DNA of 64,000 nt, taken from positions 3,318,741 to 3,382,740 of the forward strand of contig OZ037768.1 of the NCBI GenBank assembly GCA_964035545.1. The letters run 5' to 3'. A program made the translations under genes and the position numbers. Each line of letters starts with the position of its first letter. Positions within the stretch are counted from its first letter, which is position 1. Positions 51,301 through 64,000 of the stretch are shown here, piece after piece. The notes beneath the pieces are model-generated. The model saw only the letters and a program-made list of their open reading frames with translations, was not told where the DNA came from and made no database searches. This stretch comes from Bugula neritina. Lineage: Eukaryota > Animalia > Bryozoa.

Positions 51301-53719
51301 CCATTTGGAACCTTTAAATTTAATCCCCAACAGCATGAACTAGAGTTTAACAGCTTGCATGAAGTTGTACTAAACACTCCACACTGATATCAGTAATAGT
51401 TTTAGATACGGTGATGGCTACTTCATGATTAAGGTCAAGCACTGCATAATCCTATCCGCAACTGACAACAATTCTTACTCAGTTAGACTTGCCTTTATGT
51501 TAGATATGTTAATGTATCCTCTCCATTATCGAGTGAGTTTTGGTTGAGGCGCATGTTTTGTTACCTTTTGGTTTGCTCATTCCTTCGTTGCAGTTGTCTC
51601 ACCCTGGAGCTGATAGTTGCTCTGCAGTCTCGGACTTTGAACAGAGTCTAAGCAACATGTCTATTCGCCGTTCGCGGCCCAACACCGCTCAGCCTACCTC
51701 TTCAAGTCGACCAATGAGAACTGTTGGCTCATCTCCCCAATTGCTGCCTCTCAAACAAATTCACGAAGAACAGGAAGTAACGTCTGATGATGACGCTCTC
51801 TCCACGCACAGTCAGACGTCTGTGGTGAAACTCCGTCACAGCAGTCTGTCTATGGCGTCTCCGGAACTGGCCCGCAAGTTGTTGGTCAGTAACCTTCACC
51901 TTGTCTGGGCCGTCTGCGTCTTTACTGTGTGGGAAGACAATTCCCAATACCTTCTGTTATAATTACCATAATGCTAGTAATATTTGCTGCCACATTTCCA
52001 CAATGCATGTGTTTTGTAAGAGGTTATCTTCTCTCAGTATTTAAATATTTAATATGAAAGCTGCTTAGCCTTATGTCCCTGCTATTTATTTCTCCCCACA
52101 TTATGTGAGACAAGTAATGTTGAGCTTCTACACTAGTTCTCTCTATCCCAAGCTAACCTATGCATGATTTACTAATAGCCTAGATGTAGGTTATATTATA
52201 GAGTAGCTGACCTACACGGGCATGTCTTTTTTTTCAGAAATGCTATACTATGATTTTATAATTAATTTAAAGTAGGATTTAAAATTTGTTAAAATAGGTC
52301 ACTACATAGTACTAGTTTTATTTTCTCTAGGCTAGTTGTTTGGTATGCATAGAGCAAGCAGCCTAAAAGTTGGATAAATTTTAATCATAAAAAATTTTTC
52401 TTGGCTCAAGCCTACTCTGGTAACTTTTTACAGCATAGGAAATTGCATGATTATTTTATTGAACATTAATGTTATAATTTAAACTAAAATTTTTAAAGTA
52501 CTTCAGCAAATGGTTTGACAACTTTTACTGAGCATCGAAATATCAGTCCATATAATTATGAATACTCATTTTTAAGGTATAGTAAATGATATTACCACTG
52601 AAGGGTAATATTGCTGAAATTGAGAAGACAATTCCCAAAGTTATAAATTTTAGCTCAAGAGTTTTATTAAAAGCTATTGTGGTGCTGCTTGTGAGCATAA
52701 TATAATGAATATGATAGATAGAACATAGGAATACAACTACTCCACTTTTACCAGATTCTGTCTGCAAATCCTTGTTTAAAATGGACTCAATAGGCTTCTT
52801 TAGCAACTATTTTACTAGATTGGGTTTAGCTAGTTGAGTGGCTCTTTCCAGCCATGTTTGAAATATTTATTGTTTTCACTTTTAGCATAAGAAGAATTTG
52901 ATGAGAAGTAAAACTCAGAGTGGGTCAGATACGAGTGACAATGACGAGGACAAGCCCTATAGAGAGTCCAAGTCACCGACCAACAGTGGCTGCTCCAGTC
53001 TTCATTTACCTCATAAAAGGAAAGACAGTAGCACTTCAAGTGACAACGATGGACCTTCACCGGCAACTGGTGCTAGTAGCGGTGCGGTGAAATGTACCTC
53101 CCATTCAACTAACTCTGGCAATGGTGGTGGTACTCAGGCTAGTTCTCCGCAAGCTAAAAAGAAATATAGTGGAGGAAATACTAATGCAAAAGATGCTGCA
53201 CTATCAGATGTAAATAACTCCAGTAAGACTGAAGGAGTTAAGTCGTCATCTACGACTATAAATGACCCACAAAAGACTAACAGCAATAGCAATAATAAGG
53301 CAGACTGTGACATGTCCACTGCTAATAGTCTCAAAGTCCTGGCAAATAAATTAGTTGACAGTTCCTTAGCCCGTCTCAGTAACTTTAGCCTGGCATCCCA
53401 AAGTTCTAGTATTAGTAGCAGGTCCAGCGTGAAGTACAGCTGTAACACCACTCCTCGGTCATCACAACGGCGCTCTAAAGATGGAAACAAATTCTCTAAG
53501 TCTAGACTAATGAAGCAGCTGAGGATGGACTTCACAGACCTGAGTGACAGAGAGCTGACCGACTCCGAGTGCAGTAACAGTCTTCAGAGCTCGTTGAGAC
53601 TCAAGATCTCTACACAGCTGTCCCCGGACTACTGCAGTGTGATCGCCGAGGAACAATCTCCGCAGTTGTCTCCCCCTCATAACAAGAAGAAAGGTCCAGA
53701 GTGCTGTAGTATCATGTAG
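45302..53719 (+). CDS. SNRK: SNF-related serine/threonine kinase (AMPK-related), ~832 aa
   Basis: Exons 45302-45896, 46638-46779, 47728-47943, 48140-48340, 49360-49482, 50995(or 50992)-51091, 51594-51884, 52886-53719, in phase. Kinase motifs typical of SNRK: [73 protein letters not shown]|DVWSLGV. UBA-like TATYYLLAE; C-terminal CCSIM. Confidence 0.95.
46435..46600. repeat. Degenerate (ACT/ATT)n trinucleotide microsatellite in SNRK intron 1
   Basis: Visible tactactact/attactatt runs. Confidence 0.8.
49486..50490. repeat. 19-bp minisatellite (TRTACTGTGTGTAGTATTG)n, ~52 copies, in SNRK intron 5
   Basis: Near-perfect tandem array starting directly after the donor at 49482. The 19-aa periodicity of ORF 49399..50526 equals 3 x 19 nt. 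Confidence 0.97.
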
Positions 53720-56700
53720 CGTCGGAGTTTTGAGATTATAAATTTATTATCTGATATGTTTGTCATTTTTAGTAGAATGATGAGAATTGTGTTAGATATT
53801 GGTGTTGATCACAACCCTGTGCTGGTCACAGGAGGATTTACATTATTAAATAGAATATTTATTAGTGGCACTATAATGCATGTGCTACCCGTAGGCTGGT
53901 TTTTATTTATCTATATAATTATACAACGTTATGTTGTTAGATCAGTGCATCATTTTTTGTAGTTATACATAAACCTACAATGAACAACGTTTATTATTTT
54001 ACTTTAATTTATTATTTTACTATAATGAAGCTAAAAATTTTGTAAATAATGCTAGTAAAAGAGCTTGTACACGCATGAATTGGAGTTGTATTCCTTTGTA
54101 TTTTTGATTTCGCAGTCCACCCTTGGCTAATACAAGTTCATAAAATAATGTATCAATTGATTGATTATTAACACAAGAATTACAAACTAGATCAATCAAT
54201 TTGAGGCTAAACTACCTTATATTTCTAGGATAGAATTCCTAATCCTACCAGTATTTTTAATGTATCCGCTATTTTGCAACATAATATTTGGTCATAAAAA
54301 ATTACTACAAGCAAAAAATATGGCATTGTCTTGAAAAGAAATTTATTGTGAATTTGCTATAGTTCAGGCCAGCAAGAAGCTGTTGCACATTAACTTGTAC
54401 ATTTAGAACATTAACTCCTATATTTAGAAGTAATGCTGAAAAATGTATAGGTGACATAATGTGGTACATCTATTATCTGTAATATTGTACTAGGTGATGG
54501 TGCAGTTAACATTAATAGCTTCTTGTGGTATAAGGATATTTTAAACTAATATATGAAAAAGTTTTATTCTGGACTTTAAACCATGTGGTCTGTTGAAATT
54601 CCACTCAATAATTAACAGGAAACTTGAAATGGTTGCAAGAAACTTACAGGAAGCCACTTGCCTTCCTTTTAGTTTCTCTTTCTCTCAACATAATGTTGAA
54701 TCAAGTAGTACCTAAATATTTGAATTTTGATATTTTAAATCAACTTTCCAAATTCACTTTCTTTACTCTTTTTATCATTAGCTTGACAATCTCTCAATAA
54801 ATGTTTTATGCTATAAAAATATGCAACTTTGTACAGCATATTGCTTTCATATACTGTAATATTATGGCTGATTCTCAAAACTTCATTGTTGCATTTATAT
54901 TGCTGTATTTGTTTTATTTTGTTCAAAGCAAAAAATGCATTTAATTGAAAAATAGGTAAATATTGGCTCAATGGCGCTACAGCTCAGGTGCGTGAGGTGC
55001 ATGAGTTCTTTCCACCTATGGTTTGGGAAGTGATCCAATGTGCCATTGAATAATAGCTAGGAAACCATAGTGACTTAACCTAGCATAGTAAATCGAATAC
55101 ACTATTTAATTGCCACAATTAATAGTGTAATTATAAGTTTATTTGACACTCCAAACATGTTCTCTTCGACACATAAAGAATGCATGACATGGAGGTAGGT
55201 GTTTCAGCATGTCAGCCTTTTTATTCAGTCAAGGTGTATCGTAATCGGATAGCTTCACTGATTGCAAATTAAGTGTTGCTAATTGAGATTACGAAGACTT
55301 TGACTAGACCCACTCAACTGTGTAATAGTCTGCAGGTAGCAAAATGTCTGGTGTATTGATGTGCAAGGACCTCCACCGAGACTATTTTTCCTAACCTATA
55401 TGTTATAATACAATGTGGATCAGCATGAGAAATTCTGTACCAGGCTATAATAAACTGGACACATTTTTTCATAGCCTTCCTAAGCTAGTGTATGATAAGC
55501 AAATTATTATTATTAAATATGTAGATTATAAGTATATGCTGCTAATTATATAATGCATAAAGATCAGCACAAATTAATGATAGTGTATTATTCACAGACC
55601 ACAATGTATATCTAGCAAACAATACTGTTTTCCAACTGTAATTGAATTATAATAGTACATAATTAGTTGCAGAAAGCCTCTATCATCTCAGTTTTCTTTG
55701 GAAATATTCAAGTAATTAGCAAATTATTTACATTGTAATTATTTGGTTTTACCATCTTTATACAATAATCAACAGTAAATAGTAAAATATCACCCATGAT
55801 TGGTATACATCGTTCTGCCATTTACCATAATAGTTCTTAGTTTTTATTAATTTTCTAATTTATTTTTCCCTGGATTGCTAGAAGATAAGCAAATAATAGG
55901 AAAAGAAAATTTGACTTCTGCAGTATTACTTTAAAGGCTAAGGAGTGTAAGATTTCTATATCTTATGTTTAAAGGCAAAGATTGCTAAGAAATATGTACA
56001 TGGAAATAGACCGGCGTGGGCTATGAGTCATGGTGCCCTTCAGTAGAAGGTGATGTGGTAAAAGTACGGCTTGGATGATGCTTGATGAAAATGTTTAACA
56101 GTTTAATTCTCATTACTTTAGTGTATATCTTTTGTTAGCAGCAATAGTAATGCGGTGAAACAAATTTATAGGGAACTGGAGTTTACCAATTAGCTTTCAG
56201 AGGAAGTTCATCATATGGTCTGTACTAAACTGACAGCACTACGCTCAATGGGTGCAAAGAAAACTTAGTTACTCTAAAATAAACATTATGGTTAGAAAGT
56301 CCAGGGCTTACCCATAAAGTTATTAAAGTAATAATTATTTACAAAGTGTTTAATTAGTCTACAAGTTACATTATATATATAACACATTTTCCATGGGAAA
56401 TCAAATTGGTCTAATTATCTACATGTAAGATATTGTAGCTGTATGCTAGTGAGTGCAAACTGACCACGTATGAGAAAAGTCGTTGAGATTGATAAAACAG
56501 GCAAACCCATTGCAAAGAAAGGACTGGTGTGCACTTCACAACCTGTGTGAAACAGTAATAGCCACATGATTGACTTTTGATATAATATTATAAACAAAAA
56601 TCAAATGTGCTGATTACACACGTTCCCACACGGCAAGGGTGCGATGCAGCATCTGTTAAAATATAATTTCAAGTTTAAGCTTTGAAAGTCTACACCTTTT

Positions 56701-59700
56701 CAGTGTAGAGATAAGAATGAGGACAGGAATAGTAGCAGCAATAATTATAGACATCTAACGAGTTCTTAGCTACTGTTATAACAAATAACTTGCAAAAAGT
56801 AATAGATAATTCCACTTTCATCTTTTTTCTCAATGAAAAGTGCCATTTATTATGTGATGAGAGATGAATTTCATTCTCATGCTGCTCTGATTGTTTCTGT
56901 TGGAATAATAGTGACTACTTGAGGTTTATTATAGATAAGAAGTTATTAGTTCTTTACACCTCGTATCACAATACAATGCGAGTGCATCACCAACTATCAT
57001 CATTTGTAATTACTAGCTTTTATTGTTCTTTCCAGTTCTTAGAAGTTGCAATTCATTCATATCTTCAATCGAGCTAAAGTGGCTGAAAAATGCATGTAGC
57101 ATAAGTCTATAAGTTCATAGTCTGGTTAAAAAATCTGGTTACGTTTTAAAATGGCTTATTTATGGCAACAAATTACTGCAGGTACCAACTAGCTGATTGT
57201 TTTATAAACCCAACTCAATGGTGAAAATATATTCAACATTGGTAAATAAAATGAGACTTCATATTTAGGATAATGGACTATTTTATTACTTTGTATTTGA
57301 ATTCTAATCGCTAAAGCAAGCATGACACTCACATGCTAAACCTACTCTGTCTTTGTGAACTACTAATGCATGAACACACCAATTTATGTATCAATACATC
57401 TACTCACACTTACATAACGAAAGCAACACTCTGAATGCCAGTCAACATTCGTCAAATTCCTAAAACACTGTATTTGGGACTGCATTGATTATTCTGTATA
57501 TTCTAGAAATTAAAATAAATACTAAAACTTAAATTAAAATAACATGCAATTTTGTACAAAAAATAAACTGCTAAGCAAATAATATACCGTAGGTATGTTT
57601 ATTCTGGCATTTTATAAGTAAATTAATATAAAATTAGCTGTCAAGCACACTGTAGAGTATAGCATAACAAACTACTTTTCATGTGTTATACAAAAATATT
57701 TTGGAATTATAATTGTTGATATGAATAATAAAAACCATCTAGCTCTAACCAATAGTGTGTTTAAAAATTGAAGCAAACAAAGCTAGCTGTTAAATAGGTG
57801 TTAGAAATTCAAAAAGTAGGATTTGAGCCAAGTTGCATAACAGGAAAATAATTTCCTGTCTTTAAAGAATGTAATTAAAGATGATATTAAGGAAGCCTTA
57901 GAATACATATTAAGTTGGTCATTACAAATAAATATTATATAATATTGTATGTTTGTGCACACCAAATAATGCTCTTTTGAAATTTGTATAAACTAGTGTT
58001 GCTATAAGTTGCTTGACTAAATGAATAGTTGTATGTATAAAGCAACTAACTGAAAATTAAATTTATAATCTACTGCAGCCATATAAATTACATTCTCAAA
58101 CCATTTCACTAGATTAATCATGATGTTGCACCTAGTAGCCTCATTTTAATGTGTGTATATATACTATGCTTGTCAACCTACTGTTAGAAGGATAATATTA
58201 TATAATAGACTGAAACTACTGCTATTAGCTGCTAAATGTAAATACAATTATATTTTGTCTGCTTAGCATTAAGTAATCTTTACTTAAATTAGTGGAGTGT
58301 AACTTGATTGGCTTTCAAATCATTTATCTGTAGGGTGGCTAGGAAAACATTCGGTACTATTTGGTTGTTGAAATCCTACATACGACATGATGACAAGGCA
58401 ATACATTGCTCCCTGGTATCTCACTAAGCTCTGGGACCCAAAACCTTTAACTTACAGAGCTGCTAAATTCGGCCATTTTGTCCCTATACACGCATGTATA
58501 CATAAGCCGAAAAAGGGGGGTCCAAACCCTTCTAGTAACCTAAGGAATTCCGTGAGATATAGAGAGAGCACTGTACAACACTCTTGCCACATGTTTATAG
58601 AAAAGGTGGATTCCTATTTTGTCTATTTTTTGTTGTATTTAGTAAAACTTTACTGTTAAATTATAGCCAAATTCTTTCTTAAAGAAGTTACACATGCCTT
58701 CTATAATTCTCGTACACACAGCAAAAAGTAGTTGCGCCAAAACTTTCTCAGAAAAGCTTGCAGCAACAATTTACTGAATTAATATTTGAAAGTTCAAACT
58801 GTTACATTTAATGAGCTGATGTTATTATGTTCTATAGTTGTATGCAGGTTTTATATTAATAACAGACCTATAACAGCGTAATGCACTGAGTAAATGCTGA
58901 GGGAAAATGGCTAGGAAATGTGCTCCAGTTCGATCACATGGGCCCAACCGCTCATAGCTTGCTAATAATATATGCTATTCTAATATATATGCCAGTCACT
59001 GGGGTGATTTAGTTAGAGCCCTAAATTAATTACTTGCAATTAATGTTTTCATTTTGCACTCAATGTTGCTGGGTCAATGAGTTATTTATCCACAGCTATT
59101 CCCCCAAAAAGCTGCAAGTAATCTGGCATCAATTTACCTCAATATGAATAATTAGTCTCGTAGTAGTAGAACGTTTTTCGTGATGTTTTTGGGGATTATT
59201 CCAAATGCATGTTTTCCTATAGTATTTCTGCCAGAGAGCATTGGTAAAATATAATTCTATATGATTAGATAAATGGAGTTGTAGGGAATATGAACTGTAA
59301 TATAAATTAGGTGGGTATTGATGAAATAGCCATGCCCATAATGCTGTTAGAAAGTTATTGACAATATTAATGTCCTAATAAACACTTAATGGATTATATA
59401 GATATTATAACACTTATGAAAATACCCTATAATTAGGAATATGTGATCACAGCTATTACATGAAAACATCATAGCATATGACTATTAATACGAACTATAC
59501 TAAGATATGAATATATATAAACCATTTGACATATAATGATCATATCTTATGCTAAATACTGCAATATTTGCTGAACATGTGAAAGCAAACAAAAAATCTG
59601 AAAAATGATTTTGCTTAAAAATTTGTAAAAACTGGAATTATTATAAGCCTAAAACTTTTTTCTAAAATTCTGAAGATGAAAGAAAATAACTATGCTATGC

Positions 59701-61388
59701 TTGAATAATTTACAAACTGCCTTTATTTTTACTGCTTTACAATAGCCTTCATATTACACTATAAATTTTGTTCAATGTTGACAGTGAAATCAGCCTGTAT
59801 TTGTGAAACGAGAGTATTTCACTGTATGAAGTGGGAATACAACAAGTAAACAACAAACTCATCTTCTAAACTAAGATTCATATCTCCTTAAATGGTCATT
59901 GTTACAAGTCATTTGATGTAATGATTGTGAAAGATTTTTTAATGATAGTTGAGTTTGTCTAAGAAAGAGCGATGGCTCCACATTAGCATGGGCCACTAGC
60001 TCGGCATTGTAGATGCTTCATTATTGTAAAGACTTTAGGTATTGAAACTTTGGTATTATTGAAAGACTTAGTGTAGATTTATTATAACACACACATCTAC
60101 TGCTTTATGTTATTGTCATAATGTCGGTGACTTTAGATGTAGTCACTTTTAATTTGTTTTAAGTTGTTTAGAAATTAGCGATAGTGTGTGAATGGAGATA
60201 GTCATCTCAGGTGGCTTCAACTTGTATTATGAAAAGAGTGAGCAATGAATTTGAAGTCAACAGAGATAATATCCTGTCTTCTGATTGCTCACTCAACTGT
60301 AGACTCTAGAGAATTCTGTCTCTTTTTATAAACTCTCTCCCCTTCCATCAGTTTCATTGTTGCTTTCAGTCAGCTATTTTTTTAAATAGGCTATACAAGC
60401 GGTAATTGCATCGATCTTTGAATAATTAAATGATTTCTTGCTTCACTGCTTAATTTAATGTCTCTTTATGGCCGTGATGACTTTGAGTTCATGAGACAAA
60501 ACAAGTGATGTGCATTTATTTCTTTTAAATTGGATTGTTTAAATTTGTTCACAGCAGAAGTAAATTTTGTCTCATTGTGTTTATTACAAGAAATATTAAT
60601 ATCCGTGTAGGATATTCGCTTCAGTCAACAAGGCCTAATAACTCTGCCTTTCAAAGCAGCTATATAGTACTACACTCTACACTCTACACTCTACCGCACG
60701 TATGCTCAGGTCTTTCTGTCGGCCTTCAAACCGCCTTGTGCCTTCTGAACAACCAGCACAAATTAATTTGTCAAACATTATGCATAATAATTTGCCATAT
60801 TGATAAATCAGGTATATTAATGAGTATTGGGATATTAGTCAATTACTGAAATGTTTTATATTACAATATAGCAAACACTAACTTCTCCAGGTGTTTGAAC
60901 AAAAGCATGGTCATTGGTTTGAATAACAAACAAATGGTGTTAATCACTAGGACTATTAATTAGTTTAGAATCCCTAATTAGTCAGAGTGAATCAAGTACC
61001 ACAAGTTGCATTCTTACCACTTTTCAACTCTTGCTAAAGCCACATGAAGTCAACATTATTTGATTATATTAATTACCTTCAATCTAAAGTAAAATAAAAA
61101 CATACAGATGAAGCCAATAAGCTCTCAGTCAAATGACCGCATAGCACATGTTTAAAATACACATACTGTACGTTTGAGAATAAGAAGTTAGAAAATTAAT
61201 TTGATACGACAATGCAATGGTAAGCGTGGTTGGATTGTTTTGTTCTCATAGTATTAGATAAATCAGTAATTACTTTGATGTGGTAGTATTCTAATTAAAA
61301 CCAACACCTTTTAGCACTTCAGCCTATTATAGCCCTTATCAAAGGCAAATGACAAATAGACACGCCCTCTTCGTGTGGATTTACTTGG

Positions 61389-61466
61389 CCAATAAAAAGT
61401 AAGCTTCTATTGAAGGCTTATCTCTGAAAAATAAGAGCTAGATCAGTACAGAAACGGCATATAAAA
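61389..61466 (+). promoter_or_regulatory. Putative NK1 core promoter (CCAAT box and TATA box)
   Basis: GGCCAAT with the CCAAT core at 61389-61393 and TATAAAA at 61460-61466, ~80 nt upstream of the ATG at 61548. Confidence 0.5.
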
Positions 61467-61547
61467 TCTACATTTAGGGATACCCCATTACTTTATCCCT
61501 TGGTAGCCGGTTGACAAGTACCCCATAGCTATTAATAGATAGAAACA

Positions 61548-62634
<1,087 letters not shown>

Positions 62635-63802
62635 CACTTTAATTTTTATATTTTTAAGCTCACTAAATATTATATATTATATTCGTAATTATTTGTACAT
62701 ACTAAAAGTAACTTTATACAGTATTATAATTATTGGATGGACATTTTCGCTAATCACTGAAAGATTATCTTCAATTTGTAGACCAATAAATCTCATTTTT
62801 TATTTTTTGCATATATAATGTGTAGTAATATCTTGGCACTTATAAAAAGCAATTAATAAACACAGCCACGGGCTACTCATCATTAATGGCGAATGGGAAG
62901 ATGTTTGATTATGCCTCAGGCAAACATATTAATTTGTTACAAAACTCACAGCTATAGAACACCATTAGCGTATAATTAGAGACACTTTCTATCTGTATTT
63001 CATAGTAATGATCACTAATAGAATATCAGATTACATGGTTATTACAGAGTCAATTGTCAGCTATTCCAGTGGGAATTGATCACCATTTCTCACCAACATT
63101 TAAAGTGTAGTCAGTGTTTGACAGTTTAATAAACAAAACAAAAAAGTTTGCTGCACTGGGATTCAAACAATTGATGGGCAAACTGGAGCCTGAGAACACT
63201 GCTATAAATATAATCACACAACTCGCTGTTAACAAAAGAATTTATTAATTATTTTAATGTGTATATAACAAAAGCAACAATATTTGAAAAGATGTCTAGA
63301 AGTTTATTGCATTATTTATAAATTGACAACAATATAATAACCATTATATATTCTTTGTCATTTAAACAAGATAAATGAATCACTGTTATACATGTCAGTG
63401 CAATTTGCAGTAGCCTACACTAAACACGTATTCCAATAACATTTCTACTCATGAAATTATATAAGCCATAAAAGAAATTAAAAAATATAATATGAAGAAA
63501 ACTGAAAATAAACAATTGGTTGTTATTAAATGTGAAGAGAAAACGAAACCTATTTACCAGTTGCAAGAATTAAATTGGTGCAACGAATTTTTTTGGAAAA
63601 TAACTTATTTTTAGTTCCATAAAGTATCTGCTCTAACATTAGCCATTCAGTAGGGAAAACTAAACTCAAAGGTTCAGGCATGTAAATATTAATTGGCAAC
63701 ACAGTCTGAGTTATTTCCAAATTCTAGCAATTTTAAACAGAATGCTGTTTCAGACTTGTGCAGTTGAAGAAGTAGAGAAGGGAAAGATTAGAAGCAATCA
63801 GC

Positions 63803-63898
63803 TCAAGACATGGCTCCAAACACAGGATTGTGTCTACAAATACTTGGGCCATGTTCATCATAGTCCGCCTTGGTGTGACAAACTTGGTAGAACTCCGG
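63803..63898 (-). CDS. ACTR3: Actin-related protein 3, terminal coding exon (rest of gene beyond the right edge)
   Basis: A polypyrimidine tract and TAG acceptor (63899-63901) precede [31 protein letters not shown], which matches the conserved Arp3 C-terminus. Minus-strand AATAAA signals lie at ~63241 and ~63303. Confidence 0.93.
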   Translation of the reverse strand, partial: PEFYQVCHTKADYDEHGPSICRHNPVFGAMS

Positions 63899-64000
63899 CT
63901 ACAAAAAGTAAGGATAAAGATGAGAATATTGAAAGCATAAGAAATATTCACAGCACTAAACACTCGAAATAAAAACACAATTGTGTTGGCCAATTGAAGT

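Overview
AT-rich, intron-containing metazoan (invertebrate) genomic DNA from a compact genome; there are no prokaryotic features. I assembled the gene models by hand from GT-AG sites and checked phase at every junction. In order: (1) the 5' part of a Friend-of-GATA/U-shaped (ZFPM) gene on the minus strand, with the MSRRKQ NuRD motif, a split PR domain and CCHC fingers, running off the left edge; (2) a divergently transcribed multi-C2H2 zinc-finger gene with CtBP and SUMO-interaction motifs; (3) DGAT1; (4) SF3B3; (5) SNRK; (6) an NK1/slouch homeobox gene; (7) the last exon of Arp3 on the minus strand, which the ORF track misses. The most unusual signals are non-coding. A 25-bp minisatellite in SF3B3 tandemly copies the exon's own 5' splice site 24 times, with a stop codon in the first added unit. 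Tandem repeats recurrently begin right after splice donors. The FOG introns carry dense GATA-site clusters. DGAT1 has a 24-nt microexon, a candidate alternative first exon and an intronic RORE/DR2 element. SF3B3 and SNRK show within-gene GC3 gradients.
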